A stretch of DNA of 64,000 bases from Nitrosopumilus sp. (GTDB lineage: Archaea; Thermoproteota; Nitrososphaeria; Nitrososphaerales; Nitrosopumilaceae): assembly GCA_965218785.1 (NCBI GenBank), contig OZ244650.1, forward strand, positions 576,001-640,000. Reading direction: 5' to 3'. The position numbers and the translations under genes were made by a program. Each line of letters starts with the position of its first letter. Positions within the stretch are counted from its first letter, which is position 1. Shown piece by piece: positions 49,836 to 60,571 of the stretch. Below the pieces are notes generated by a model. That model ran no database searches. It worked only from the letters and a program-made list of their open reading frames with translations, and was not told the origin of the DNA.

Positions 49836-51113
49836 CTAACCCAGAATCACGCCTATATCCATAAGATTTGTGTGGGTAAAACCAGTTACGATGTTTGCTT
49901 TTTGTTTTTGAAAGAACCTGCCTGAATCATTATTTTTGAGGAATTCCTTGGTTATCCTCGAGTCCATTTTTGTATTTTCAGTTATTGCCCCTGCAAAAAC
50001 AGAGTTTCCATCAATTCCATCCGTACCCATACATGCAATGACAATCTTTTTTATTTTTTGCGTGTTTTTTAAAATTCTCAGGGCTAATTCCTGATTTCTT
50101 CCACCCATTCCTTTGCCGCGAACCTTTAGCGTTGTTTCTCCTCCGAAAATAAGACATGTTTTTTGTTCTTCTGAAATGTTTTCGAGAATTTTTCTAGTCG
50201 CGTCTTTGATGTTTTCAAAAATCTGGATTGTAACTACTTTGTAACCCATCTTCTCGGCTGTCTTTTGCATCTCTTTTAGGCAGTTACTGTTATTTGCAAT
50301 GACGGTATTCTCAATTTTTGGCTTTGTTGTAATTTTGGCATCCTCCCTTTTCTGTCCTTCTTTTAATATCTGCAGAACTTCCAAAGGCATCTTCCTTTTA
50401 ATCTTGTATTTTTCTAAAATGTCAAAGACATCTGAAAACGTCGTATCATCCATGTATGTGGTACCTGACGCAATAGATGACATGTCATCGTCTTGCACAT
50501 CTGACATTATCAGACCCAGACCATGACACCTCATATTTTGAATCAATCTGCCCCCCTTGATCTTTGATAGATGTTTTCTAACACAATTAAACTCCTGAAT
50601 TGTGGCACCTGATTTTAACAGCAGATCCGTAACATAGATTTTATCATTCAGGGTAATCCCGTCTGGCATTGCAAGCAGTGACGAACCTCCTCCCGAAACA
50701 AGAAAAATTACCATCTCATCACTCCGTTTGTTTTGGAGAAATTTTATCACCTCTTTTGCCGCCTTTACGCTTGTTTTATCTGGTTTGGGATGTCCAGAGT
50801 TGAAGATCTGAAATTTTTTACCCTTGATTCTGGATTTTGAGCCCTTGGGGATTATCACAATTCCGCTTTTTATTGGAATTACTGCATTAAGTGCCCTGGT
50901 CATAGAATCCCCTGCCTTGCCAAATGCCACAGAATAGATGTTAGAATACCCCTCAATATTGACTGACTTTGCCCCAATCCTGATTTCATTAGGTGTCACA
51001 AACTTTGGAATTATATTTTGAGGATCTGCTGCATAAAGAGCCGCCTCCAAAATTTCAAGACATTCTTTTTTCTTATCCGTAGTTGCCAGTTCTTCGAAAT
51101 TCTTGATAATCAT
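49836..51113 (-). CDS. Glycerate 2-kinase (MOFRL family)
   Basis: SGGGSSL, RKHLSKIKGG, GGETT, GGRNQE, GTDGIDG, TNLMD motifs. Confidence 0.94.
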   Translation of the reverse strand: MIIKNFEELATTDKKKECLEILEAALYAADPQNIIPKFVTPNEIRIGAKSVNIEGYSNIYSVAFGKAGDSMTRALNAVIPIKSGIVIIPKGSKSRIKGKKFQIFNSGHPKPDKTSVKAAKEVIKFLQNKRSDEMVIFLVSGGGSSLLAMPDGITLNDKIYVTDLLLKSGATIQEFNCVRKHLSKIKGGRLIQNMRCHGLGLIMSDVQDDDMSSIASGTTYMDDTTFSDVFDILEKYKIKRKMPLEVLQILKEGQKREDAKITTKPKIENTVIANNSNCLKEMQKTAEKMGYKVVTIQIFENIKDATRKILENISEEQKTCLIFGGETTLKVRGKGMGGRNQELALRILKNTQKIKKIVIACMGTDGIDGNSVFAGAITENTKMDSRITKEFLKNNDSGRFFQKQKANIVTGFTHTNLMDIGVILG

Positions 51114-51164
51114 TACAATTACCAATAATGCAAGATATATAATCGTCAATGATTTTTTTATTTT

Positions 51165-52109
51165 ATGCACACAGTACATATTCCAAAAGTTATCAAATTT
51201 GGTGAAAATGCACTTGCTGAGACAGAGTATCCCAAAAATGCCCTTGTAGTAACTACTGCCACTCCTGAACTATCTGGAAAATGGCTTGAGAAAATGGGCA
51301 TTCAAGATTACATGCTTTATGATAAGGTAAATCCAGAACCATCAATTGATGATGTTAATTCATTAATTGCTGAATTTAAAGATAAAAAACCATCCATCCT
51401 GATCGGATTGGGCGGTGGCAGCTCATTGGATGTTGTAAAATATTCCGCTCAGGACTTTGGAGTAGAAAAGATCCTGATTCCAACCACGTTTGGAACAGGA
51501 GCTGAAATGACAACATACTGCGTTTTGAAATTTGATGGCAAAAAGAAACTGTTACATGAAGATCGGTTCCTTGCAGATATGGCCGTTGTTGATTCATATT
51601 TTTTGAAAGGCACTCCACAACAAATCGTAAATAATTCTGTCTGTGATGCCTGCGCCCAAGCAACAGAAGGTTATGATAGCAAGCTTGGAAATGACCTGAC
51701 AAGAACGCTGTGCAAGCAGGCATTTGATATTCTGTATGATGCAATTATGAATGACAAACCAGAGAACTATCCATACGGCTCAATGCTGTCTGGAATGGGA
51801 TTTGGAAATTGCTCAACAACCCTTGGACACGCACTGTCATATGTGTTCTCAAACGAGGGAGTACCCCACGGTTACTCGCTATCATCTTGTACCACGGTGG
51901 CACACAAGCACAACAAGTCAATCTTTTATGATAAATTCAAGCAGGCCATGGAAAAGCTCGGTTTTGATAAATTAGACCTCAAGGCTGATGCATCACAGGC
52001 CGCAGATGTTGTAATGACTGACAAGGGACATTTGGATCCAAACCCGATTCCAATATCCAAAGAAGACGTCATAAAATGTCTTAATGACATCAAAACAGGC
52101 AATTTGTAA
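51165..52109 (+). CDS. Iron-containing alcohol dehydrogenase family
   Basis: GLGGGSSLD, IPTTFGTGAE, GHALSY, PHG motifs. Confidence 0.93.
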   Translation: MHTVHIPKVIKFGENALAETEYPKNALVVTTATPELSGKWLEKMGIQDYMLYDKVNPEPSIDDVNSLIAEFKDKKPSILIGLGGGSSLDVVKYSAQDFGVEKILIPTTFGTGAEMTTYCVLKFDGKKKLLHEDRFLADMAVVDSYFLKGTPQQIVNNSVCDACAQATEGYDSKLGNDLTRTLCKQAFDILYDAIMNDKPENYPYGSMLSGMGFGNCSTTLGHALSYVFSNEGVPHGYSLSSCTTVAHKHNKSIFYDKFKQAMEKLGFDKLDLKADASQAADVVMTDKGHLDPNPIPISKEDVIKCLNDIKTGNL

Positions 52110-52209
52110 AAATATTCCCATTTTTTATCTTTTTTATATTCTCTTGATAAACTGCGAAATTGGCAGCTTGTCTAAACTTATTTATTCTAATATCTAGACT
52201 TAAAGGTAC

Positions 52210-53310
52210 TTGACTCAAAACAAGCTCAAATTTGGCATTCAAAACGGCCTAAATGTTGCAAGAGCAGGTTATACTGAAGACCAGATTTTGACTGCATGTA
52301 TGCTTGCAGACAAAACAGGTTATGACTCTATCTTCTATATGGATCACACCAATGTACCACAATGGAAAAACGCCATCGTCTTGGATCCCTGGGTTATGTT
52401 ATCTGCAATAGCTGCGATAACAAATAATGTGGAACTGGGAACCTGCGTAACTGATGCAATCCGAAGACATCCATCTAACATCGCACTAGCTGCAATCACA
52501 CTTGACCGGGTTTCAAAAGGCAGGGCGATTCTTGGTATTGGCGCCGGTGAGGCTCAAAATCTTAAGGAATTTTGCATTCCGTTTGAAAAACCGGTTTCAA
52601 AGTGGGAGGAACAAATCGAAACCATTCACACATTGTATGAATCAACTCCGGATAACACGGTAAATTATGATGGGAAATACTACAAACTTGAAGGTGCATG
52701 TCTGCAGGCTCCGCCAATTAGAAAACCACGTCCTCCAACCTACATGGCCGCCGGTGGCAAGCGCACGCTTGGATTGACTGGCAAGCTTGGTGATGGCTGG
52801 CTGCCCATCGGTTACACTCCGATTCTCTTTGCAGATCACAAGGCACAAATCAAAAAATCCATGGATGAAAACAACAGAACCCAAGAAGAAAAAGACAACT
52901 TTGAATTTGCACTTGATATTGACGTATACTTTTCTGAGGATGCAGAGGAATCCTGGGCAAGAATGAAGGAGGCAGTCAAAGTCAGCCTGTTCAAACCTGA
53001 AATCTTGAGAGTTCACGGACTAAAAGAAATTGAGGGATTTGACTTTAGAAAATACTTTACAGAATATTCAATGTCTAATCAGGATTGGATTGTAAAAATG
53101 AGGGAGGCTGCAACTAAAATTCCCGAATCAGTAGCCCGTTCTTCCACTGCTGTTGGCACGCCTGATGATATAATTCCGACATTTGAAAAATTCATGGATG
53201 CCGGTGTTAATCACTTTGTAATTAGATTCTGGGGTAAGAACTACTTTGGCTCCATTGACAAATTCGCAAGTCATGTGATGCCGGCACTTCGAGAAAGGGC
53301 CAAGCAATGA
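52210..53310 (+). CDS. Luciferase-like (LLM) flavin/F420-dependent oxidoreductase
   Basis: DH, LDPW, TLDRVSKGRAILGIGAG, DGWLP motifs. Confidence 0.92.
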   Translation: MTQNKLKFGIQNGLNVARAGYTEDQILTACMLADKTGYDSIFYMDHTNVPQWKNAIVLDPWVMLSAIAAITNNVELGTCVTDAIRRHPSNIALAAITLDRVSKGRAILGIGAGEAQNLKEFCIPFEKPVSKWEEQIETIHTLYESTPDNTVNYDGKYYKLEGACLQAPPIRKPRPPTYMAAGGKRTLGLTGKLGDGWLPIGYTPILFADHKAQIKKSMDENNRTQEEKDNFEFALDIDVYFSEDAEESWARMKEAVKVSLFKPEILRVHGLKEIEGFDFRKYFTEYSMSNQDWIVKMREAATKIPESVARSSTAVGTPDDIIPTFEKFMDAGVNHFVIRFWGKNYFGSIDKFASHVMPALRERAKQ

Positions 53311-53352
53311 CTTTTCCATATCCAGAATCATTCACACTGCCAGTTAAGAATA

Positions 53353-53592
53353 ATGATCGATGACGAGCTTCCCAAGACAGTAAAAAAATGTCTTGATATT
53401 TTAAAAGAAAATGTGGAAATTCTGGCAAATCTTGAGTTTGATTTGGACTCTGAGATCGAGGATGAATTAATGACAGATATGCAATTACATCAGTTATATG
53501 ACATGACTGAGGATGTGGCACAATCCTCAAAAATCAAGCGTGCAGAATCCCATCTAGTAAGAAGAAAAGCAGATGATCCATCTAATTTATGA
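53353..53592 (+). CDS. Small acidic hypothetical protein
   Basis: ATG ORF rich in D/E; convergent with the next ORF. Confidence 0.5.
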   Translation: MIDDELPKTVKKCLDILKENVEILANLEFDLDSEIEDELMTDMQLHQLYDMTEDVAQSSKIKRAESHLVRRKADDPSNL

Positions 53593-53991
53593 TTTATGAG
53601 GTCTTTTGCTTTTTGCAAATGATTTGGTCCTGCGTTTGTTTCTCTGTTTTTCCAGCCTTTTTCTTGTACGTTCAGTGGATTTTGTTGAACCATGAATAAT
53701 CTTTGTTTTGCTTCCGTCCTTTAACATGATCTCCTTTCCCTTGAATCTAAACTCCACATCCCTGCATTTGATATAGTATTTTTTAAGACAGAAAAATATC
53801 CTGTTGTTTGTACCGCGCATGTCCTTGATCTCTTTTGATTTTTTTAACTCATTGATGATATTGCGCAGTAATCCTTTGTCAATATCTGTAATTCTGTGCA
53901 GCTCTCTGAACCAGATGAATCTTGATTTGCCCCCCCATTCCTCTAAAACATCCAAAACCTGCCGTGTATATTCCTCATTTATCTTGCTCAT
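53587..53991 (-). CDS. Basic winged-helix DNA-binding protein (putative)
   Basis: WFRELHRITDIDKGLLRNIINELKK HTH-like pattern; K/R-rich tail. Confidence 0.65.
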   Translation of the reverse strand: MSKINEEYTRQVLDVLEEWGGKSRFIWFRELHRITDIDKGLLRNIINELKKSKEIKDMRGTNNRIFFCLKKYYIKCRDVEFRFKGKEIMLKDGSKTKIIHGSTKSTERTRKRLEKQRNKRRTKSFAKSKRPHKS

Positions 53992-54242
53992 AGCTGTCTT
54001 GGGGTGTCCCCGTATTTTAGGGATTGATTAATAAAAAATTTGGATGAAAAAAGTCAAATTTTAGAATGTTTGCCATTTTTGGTTATTTTTGTAATGGATG
54101 TCATGAGCGTGGAATTAAAAAATGAATGCGCTGCACTAGAATGCAGAATTTTGGAAATCAAGGCACTCGAAAAGGAATTAGACGAATACTAGTAGTCATT
54201 TCTGGGACTGCTCGATTTATAAAATGATTTTTCATAACCTTT

Positions 54243-54878
54243 GTGTTGAAACTAGTGGGGATACTGCAGATCAAATCATATGAAAAAATCAAGGAATTTC
54301 TGCAAAAAGAGCACGTTGGAAGAATCTCTAGTATTGATGGGGATGGATTTCCTCAGATAATTCCGATGAATTTTGTTCTTTTAGATGATTTTATCTACAT
54401 GCACTCTCACATCAAGGGTGAAAAACTGGATAATATTTCTAAAAACAACAAGGTCGGCTTTGAAGCGGACAGGGAACTAGAGTTCCTGCCATCCTATTTT
54501 GAGGATCCACAAGATGCATCCCTGGCAGATACCCTGTACATCAGTGTTGTAGTCAAGGGTCTGGGTTCTCTTGTTGATGACAGGGAGGAAAAAACGCTTG
54601 CGCTAAACGGATTGATGGAAAAATATCAGCCTGAGGGGCAGTATGAGCCGATCAGAGCAGACATGCAGGTCCTGGATCATGTTGCGGTAATCAAGATAGT
54701 CCCGCAGATACTGCATGGAAAATACAAGATTGGTCAGAATGTAAATCCTGAAAAAAGAATGGTTCTGGCACAAAAAATTCTAAAAAGAAATTCCCCCACT
54801 GCCGGACAAACCCTGAAAGTTATGGGCTTTGAGGTTTCTGATGACGGACTCAAGATGGTTGATGAGCCCGTATGGTAG
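54243..54878 (+). CDS. Pyridoxamine 5'-phosphate oxidase-family flavin-binding protein
   Basis: VGRISS..DGFPQIIPMNFV, YMHS..GEKLDNI, YISVV motifs. Confidence 0.9.
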   Translation: MLKLVGILQIKSYEKIKEFLQKEHVGRISSIDGDGFPQIIPMNFVLLDDFIYMHSHIKGEKLDNISKNNKVGFEADRELEFLPSYFEDPQDASLADTLYISVVVKGLGSLVDDREEKTLALNGLMEKYQPEGQYEPIRADMQVLDHVAVIKIVPQILHGKYKIGQNVNPEKRMVLAQKILKRNSPTAGQTLKVMGFEVSDDGLKMVDEPVW

Positions 54879-55120
54879 ACTGATAACAAGTCGACTGTTG
54901 TCTAAAGTATTTTCTGTCATATTTGGCATCTGGGTGCAATGCATGATTGTGATTGCAAGTTTACACCTCTTTATTTACAGTAAATCTTTGTATGGATGCG
55001 TTTTTTGTTCTCTGCGATTAGTTTGAGAATATTTCATAAATCTTGATTTCTGAGTTTGATACAGATTTGCATAGTATCATTAGATCGGATTGATCATAAT
55101 TGCCCTTTGTTGAATCTGAC

Positions 55121-55165
55121 GTTTTGGTGCATTTTGGTAATCAGATCGCTAGAATCCACCAGAAC
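55121..55165. repeat. Hairpin-forming direct repeat, copy 1
   Basis: tggtgcattttggtaatcagatcgctagaatccaccagaac (55125-55165), 40/41 identical to copy 2. Confidence 0.95.
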
Positions 55166-55197
55166 CACCCAAAATTACTTTGTAAGGCTAAAAAGAA

Positions 55198-55428
55198 TTA
55201 TTTATCTTCATTACATTTGCTGTAAATTACCTTAAAAAATGGAAATGGCAGTTTCATAACATTAAGATATTTGGTAATTTGATCTTCTCTTAATTTATTC
55301 TTCTTTGCAATGACAACCCTGCTCATCTGTGGATGTTGGAAGAACAAAAAACCTGATGATAAAGTAGGTACCTGAGTGTAACCAAGTGTGACTAAAACTT
55401 TTTTAAAATGATGCCAATTAAACTTCAA
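55198..55428 (-). CDS. HicA-like toxin (divergent)
   Basis: 76 aa, basic; KKVLVTLGY...FFQHP...VVI pattern; overlaps the upstream HicB-like gene. Confidence 0.65.
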   Translation of the reverse strand: MKFNWHHFKKVLVTLGYTQVPTLSSGFLFFQHPQMSRVVIAKKNKLREDQITKYLNVMKLPFPFFKVIYSKCNEDK

Positions 55429-55636
55429 TGAAGTTGGTCTCTATCATTTTGTTATCTGGAGTAAAAAACTCCATTTTGGTTTCTGGAAATGCTTCCACAT
55501 ACCCTTTGACAATCTCTTTGAAATTTGATTTTATCTCTGTCTTGTTTTTACCAACTACAATTATTTCCGGATTATCCAAACATTGAGCTAGCATACCCTC
55601 CTTGGTCTTTGTTAACTTTACCTGTAATATTGTCAT
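55418..55636 (-). CDS. Short HicB-like antitoxin
   Basis: EGMLAQCLDNPEIIVVGKNKTEIKSNFKEIV resembles the HicB partial RNase H domain. Confidence 0.7.
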   Translation of the reverse strand: MTILQVKLTKTKEGMLAQCLDNPEIIVVGKNKTEIKSNFKEIVKGYVEAFPETKMEFFTPDNKMIETNFIEV

Positions 55637-55702
55637 GATAATTAATATTAAAATTATTATATATATGTATTATCAATCAAAGGTTGAGTTTTTGATTAAT
55701 CC

Positions 55703-55746
55703 TTCTGGTGCATTTTGGTGATCAGATCGCTAGAATCCACCAGAAC
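55703..55746. repeat. Hairpin-forming direct repeat, copy 2
   Basis: tggtgcattttggtgatcagatcgctagaatccaccagaac (55706-55746). Confidence 0.95.
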
Positions 55747-55806
55747 TAAATCTGAGATCATCTGATATCTGATTGCTTTAAATTCAGTTTTCAGGGACTG
55801 TATCCA

Positions 55807-57759
55807 TTGAAACGTTCATCCAGCTTTGAGCTAGTGTCTGATTATATTCCCACCGGGGACCAGCCACAGGCAATTGACACACTAGTCGCCGGCGTGAAAA
55901 GAAAGACCGTGCAAACACTGATTGGAGTTACAGGAAGTGGCAAGACTTTTTCAGTTGCAAATGTTATTGCCAGAACAGGAAAAAACACCCTGGTAATATC
56001 CCACAACAAGACCCTTGCAGCCCAGCTTTATTCGGAATTAAAGCAGTTTTTCCCAAAAAACAACGTTGGTTATTTTGTATCATACTATGATTACTATCAG
56101 CCTGAAAGTTACCTCCCACAAACTGATACATACATTGAAAAAGACACCCAGATCAACGAGAAAATTGAAAAATTAAGACTAGAGGCAACTGCCATGCTGC
56201 TTTCAGGAGAGCCTACAATAATCGTATCCACCGTATCCTGTATCTACTCACTTGGAAATCCACGGGACTGGAATGACATGGCAATTACAATTGGCACCGG
56301 TGATGAAATTAAGCGAGATAATATAATTAGAAAGCTCGTTGATGCCAGATATGAAAGAAACGACACTGAAATCATACCGGGACGCTTCAAAGTGAAAGGC
56401 GATACAATCAGTGTCATTCCTGCGTATTCTGAGGATATAGTTAAAATCTCAATGTTTGGAGATGAGGTTGAAAAAATCACCCTGCTTGATCCCGTCTCAT
56501 CAAAAGAAAAACAAAAAATTCCACAAATCAGAATTTATCCTGCCAAACACTATCTTATTGCAAAGGACGTTCGAAAAAAGGCAGTCAAATCAATCAAAGC
56601 GGAATTAAAAAACCATTTACCACAACTAAATGAATTGGAAAATCAGCGACTTGAGATGCGGACAAACTATGATTTGGAAATGATTGAAGAGCTGGGTTAC
56701 TGTTCTGGAATCGAAAACTACTCCAGACACTTTGATGGAAGAAGACCCGGAGAAAAGGCATTCTGCCTGATGGATTTTTTCGGTGATGACTATCTCCTAG
56801 TCATCGACGAATCCCACGTGACATTGCCACAGCTTCACGGAATGTACAAGGGGGATCATTCCAGAAAAAAAGAGCTTGTAACATACGGATTCAGACTGCC
56901 AAGTGCATATGACAACCGTCCATTAAAATTCGAGGAATTTGAAAAATACATTCAAAATACGATATTTGTATCTGCCACTCCCGCAGAATATGAGAAAAAA
57001 ACATCCTCAAAAATCGCCGAGCAACTAGTCAGACCTACGGGCCTGCTTGATCCCATCATCGAGGTTAGATCAACTAAAAACCAGCTCGATGATCTAATCC
57101 TGGAGATCAACAAAAGGGCAGAAAACTCTGAGCGCGTTCTAGTCACCACCCTTACTAAAAGAATGGCAGAGGATTTGGCTGAATATCTCTCAAAAAAACA
57201 AGTCAGGGTCCGGTACATGCACTCAGAGATAGAGGGATTGCAAAGGACCGAGATAATCCGGCAGCTGCGCCTAGGCGAGTTTGACGTGCTAGTTGGCATC
57301 AACCTTCTTCGTGAAGGATTGGATATTCCAGAGGTCTCCTTAGTGGCAATTTTAGATGCAGACAAGGAGGGGTTTTTACGAAATTTTACCAGCCTTATCC
57401 AGACATGCGGCCGCGCTTCAAGAAATAAAAACGGATCTGTAATAATGTATGCTGATACCACGACACAGTCCATGAAAAACACCATGGATGAGACCAGACG
57501 CCGTAGGAAAAAACAAATCTGCTGGAATCAGGAGCATGATATCACTCCCAGAACCATCATAAAATCCGTCCCAGAACAGGTTACAGCACTAGATGATTCA
57601 AAGCTGAAATCTGTCCATGATCTCAATACTGATATCATTGATTTGGAGGCACAGATGACAACATATTCTATTGATTTGGATTTTGAGCGGGCAATAGAAT
57701 GTCGGGATAGAATAAAAAGACTGAACAAGGAGATTGCATTCAAAGTTGGCAGAAAATAA
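55807..57759 (+). CDS. uvrB: Excinuclease ABC subunit B
   Basis: [30 protein letters not shown] motifs. Confidence 0.98.
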   Translation: MKRSSSFELVSDYIPTGDQPQAIDTLVAGVKRKTVQTLIGVTGSGKTFSVANVIARTGKNTLVISHNKTLAAQLYSELKQFFPKNNVGYFVSYYDYYQPESYLPQTDTYIEKDTQINEKIEKLRLEATAMLLSGEPTIIVSTVSCIYSLGNPRDWNDMAITIGTGDEIKRDNIIRKLVDARYERNDTEIIPGRFKVKGDTISVIPAYSEDIVKISMFGDEVEKITLLDPVSSKEKQKIPQIRIYPAKHYLIAKDVRKKAVKSIKAELKNHLPQLNELENQRLEMRTNYDLEMIEELGYCSGIENYSRHFDGRRPGEKAFCLMDFFGDDYLLVIDESHVTLPQLHGMYKGDHSRKKELVTYGFRLPSAYDNRPLKFEEFEKYIQNTIFVSATPAEYEKKTSSKIAEQLVRPTGLLDPIIEVRSTKNQLDDLILEINKRAENSERVLVTTLTKRMAEDLAEYLSKKQVRVRYMHSEIEGLQRTEIIRQLRLGEFDVLVGINLLREGLDIPEVSLVAILDADKEGFLRNFTSLIQTCGRASRNKNGSVIMYADTTTQSMKNTMDETRRRRKKQICWNQEHDITPRTIIKSVPEQVTALDDSKLKSVHDLNTDIIDLEAQMTTYSIDLDFERAIECRDRIKRLNKEIAFKVGRK

Positions 57760-60571
57760 ACTAAGGATTCGCGGTGCGCGACACCACAATCTGAAAAATT
57801 TGGACGTTGATATCCCGAAAAACAACCTAGTTGTAATAAGCGGGCTGTCAGGTTCTGGAAAATCCACACTTGCTTTTGATACCATCTATGCGGAGGGTCA
57901 AAGACGGTATGTGGAGTCCCTTTCCTCATATGCCCGCCAGTTTCTAGAAATGATGGACAAGCCGGATGTTGACTCCATCGAGGGTCTCTCACCTGCAATA
58001 TCCATCCAGCAAAAAACCACCAGCAAGAACCCGCGCTCCACTGTTGGCACCACCACAGAAATTTATGATTACATGAGATTGCTTTTTGCACGAATTGGAA
58101 TTCCTTATTGCACAAACTGCAAAAGAAAAATCTCCACCCAGTCAATTGAAACAATCTGTGATTCTGTTCTCAAGGATTTCAAGGGAAGGAAGATCCTTGT
58201 CCTATCGCCCATAATCCGGAGAAAAAAGGGGACGTATGAGAAACTATTTGAGCAGATCAAAAAGGACGGATACTCTAGAATCCGCCTAAACGGGCAGGTT
58301 TTAAACCTGGATGAGGAGATTCCGCCATTAGACAGGCAAAAATGGCATAACATCGAGATTGTAGTTGACAGAATCACGGCTGAAAAATCCGAGCGCTCCA
58401 GACTCTTTGAAGCAATACAGACTGCCATCAAGGCATCAAAGGGGGATGTGATGATTGCATTTGAAAAAACGGAAAAAATCTTCTCACAAAACAACGCCTG
58501 TCCCTACTGCGGTTTGACTGTGGGGGAACTAGAACCCAGAACTTTTTCGTTTAATTCGCCGTTTGGCATGTGTAATACCTGTAATGGATTGGGTGTAAAG
58601 ATGGAGTTTGATGCAGATCTGGTGATACCTGATAAGACAAAGTCGATTTTAGATGGCGCAATAGTTCCTTGGAGCGGAAGATTCTCCTCATTTAGAAGAC
58701 AGGCACTAAGAACCGTTGGTAAAAAATTCGGGTTTGATCTAATGACCCCGATTGAAAAAATAAAACCAAGGCATCTTGATATCATCCTGTCTGGCACGGA
58801 TGATCTAATTGATTTTAAATACCGCTCAAAATCCGGAGATTCATCCTGGCAATCCACTAACGCCTTTGAGGGAGTGCTTGCAAACCTTCAGCGTGTCTTC
58901 ATGGAGACTGACTCTGAATCAAAACGTGAATGGTTAAAACAGTTCATGAGGGATACCCCCTGCACCACCTGTACCGGCAAAAAACTAAGGGCAGAATCAC
59001 TTGCAGTCAAAATCAGCAATAACGGAATCATGGATGTATGTGACATGTCCATTGACAACTGTTATGACTTTTTTTCTACGTTAAAGCTGACTGAAACCGA
59101 ACAGTACATCGCAAGGGATGTTCTAAAGGAGATAAAAGAGCGGCTGGAGTTTCTGATGAATGTCGGATTAAACTATCTCACATTAAACAGATCAAGTGCC
59201 ACATTATCTGGAGGTGAATCACAGCGAATCAGACTGGCAACGCAGATCGGCTCCAATCTGACTGGCGTCCTGTACGTTCTTGACGAGCCGACAGTTGGCC
59301 TGCATCAGCGTGACAATCAAAGACTCATTAAAACGCTAACAAAGCTGCGGGACCTTGGAAATACCGTGATAGTTGTGGAGCATGACGAAGAAATCATACG
59401 AAATTCCGACTGGATAGTCGATTTGGGTCCCGGTGCCGGGGTACACGGCGGTAATGTGGTTTTTGAAGGCACCATAGATAAAATTCTTGATGGGCACAAG
59501 TCAGTTACCGGCAACTATCTAAAGAATCACTCCCTGATACATCTGAAAAACAAGATACGAAACCGCGACTGTCCTAACTCAATAATCATCAAAAAGGCAT
59601 CAGAAAACAATCTTAAAAACATTAATGTTGAAATCCCCCTTGGACTATTCGTCTCAGTTACCGGGGTTTCTGGTTCTGGAAAATCGACTCTGATAAACGA
59701 CATACTGCTAAAGTCCCTGCAGAATCATTTTTACAAATCAAATGTGAGGCCTGGAACCCACAAGGAGATCACCGGTTTGGAGAACATTGACAAGGTAATT
59801 GCAATAGATCAATCCCCGATTGGCAGGACGCCGCGCTCCAATCCTGCAACATACATCGGTGCATTTACCCCCATCAGGGAACTTTATGCAGGTACCGAAT
59901 TATCAAAAGAACGGGGATATGCCCCCGGACAGTTCTCCTTTAATGTGGCCAACGGAAGGTGCTTTGCCTGTGACGGTGACGGTGTAAAACAAATTGAAAT
60001 GCAGTTTCTCTCTGATGTCTATGTAAAGTGTGACGAATGCAAGGGAAAACGGTACAACTCTGAGACACTTTCTGTGTTGTACAAGGGCAAAAACATCTCT
60101 GATATATTGGATATGACAGTTTATGAGGCATTAAATTTCTTTGAGAATATTCCTGCAATAAAACGGAAATTAGAGACTGTCTATGATGTTGGATTGGGCT
60201 ACATCAAACTGGGGCAGTCCTCAACTACATTGTCTGGCGGCGAGGCCCAAAGAGTAAAGCTCGCATCAGAGTTATCAAAGCGGGGAACCGGAAAAACCCT
60301 CTACATCCTAGATGAGCCCACCACCGGACTTCATTTTGCAGACGTTCAAAAACTATTAGACGTACTAAACCGATTGACAAATCTGGGAAATACGGTGGTG
60401 GTAATCGAGCATAACATGGATGTGATTAAGAACTCTGACTGGCTAATTGATCTTGGACCGGAGGGCGGTGAGAAGGGAGGGTATGTCGTATCTGTTGGAA
60501 CCCCACGGGATGTGGCCCGGTCCACTGCAAGTTATACCGGGAAATATCTAAAGAAACTATTGAAAAAATGA
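57746..60571 (+). CDS. uvrA: Excinuclease ABC subunit A
   Basis: Two ABC domains ([21 protein letters not shown]) and Zn fingers; start placed at TTG 57746. Confidence 0.98.
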   Translation: MAENKLRIRGARHHNLKNLDVDIPKNNLVVISGLSGSGKSTLAFDTIYAEGQRRYVESLSSYARQFLEMMDKPDVDSIEGLSPAISIQQKTTSKNPRSTVGTTTEIYDYMRLLFARIGIPYCTNCKRKISTQSIETICDSVLKDFKGRKILVLSPIIRRKKGTYEKLFEQIKKDGYSRIRLNGQVLNLDEEIPPLDRQKWHNIEIVVDRITAEKSERSRLFEAIQTAIKASKGDVMIAFEKTEKIFSQNNACPYCGLTVGELEPRTFSFNSPFGMCNTCNGLGVKMEFDADLVIPDKTKSILDGAIVPWSGRFSSFRRQALRTVGKKFGFDLMTPIEKIKPRHLDIILSGTDDLIDFKYRSKSGDSSWQSTNAFEGVLANLQRVFMETDSESKREWLKQFMRDTPCTTCTGKKLRAESLAVKISNNGIMDVCDMSIDNCYDFFSTLKLTETEQYIARDVLKEIKERLEFLMNVGLNYLTLNRSSATLSGGESQRIRLATQIGSNLTGVLYVLDEPTVGLHQRDNQRLIKTLTKLRDLGNTVIVVEHDEEIIRNSDWIVDLGPGAGVHGGNVVFEGTIDKILDGHKSVTGNYLKNHSLIHLKNKIRNRDCPNSIIIKKASENNLKNINVEIPLGLFVSVTGVSGSGKSTLINDILLKSLQNHFYKSNVRPGTHKEITGLENIDKVIAIDQSPIGRTPRSNPATYIGAFTPIRELYAGTELSKERGYAPGQFSFNVANGRCFACDGDGVKQIEMQFLSDVYVKCDECKGKRYNSETLSVLYKGKNISDILDMTVYEALNFFENIPAIKRKLETVYDVGLGYIKLGQSSTTLSGGEAQRVKLASELSKRGTGKTLYILDEPTTGLHFADVQKLLDVLNRLTNLGNTVVVIEHNMDVIKNSDWLIDLGPEGGEKGGYVVSVGTPRDVARSTASYTGKYLKKLLKK

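Noticed and set aside
55121-55746. Canonical integron attC sites or Xer dif sites
   Set aside because: Lacks RYYYAAC/GTTRRRY ends in attC order and lacks the 11-6-11 dif layout; kept only as an analogy
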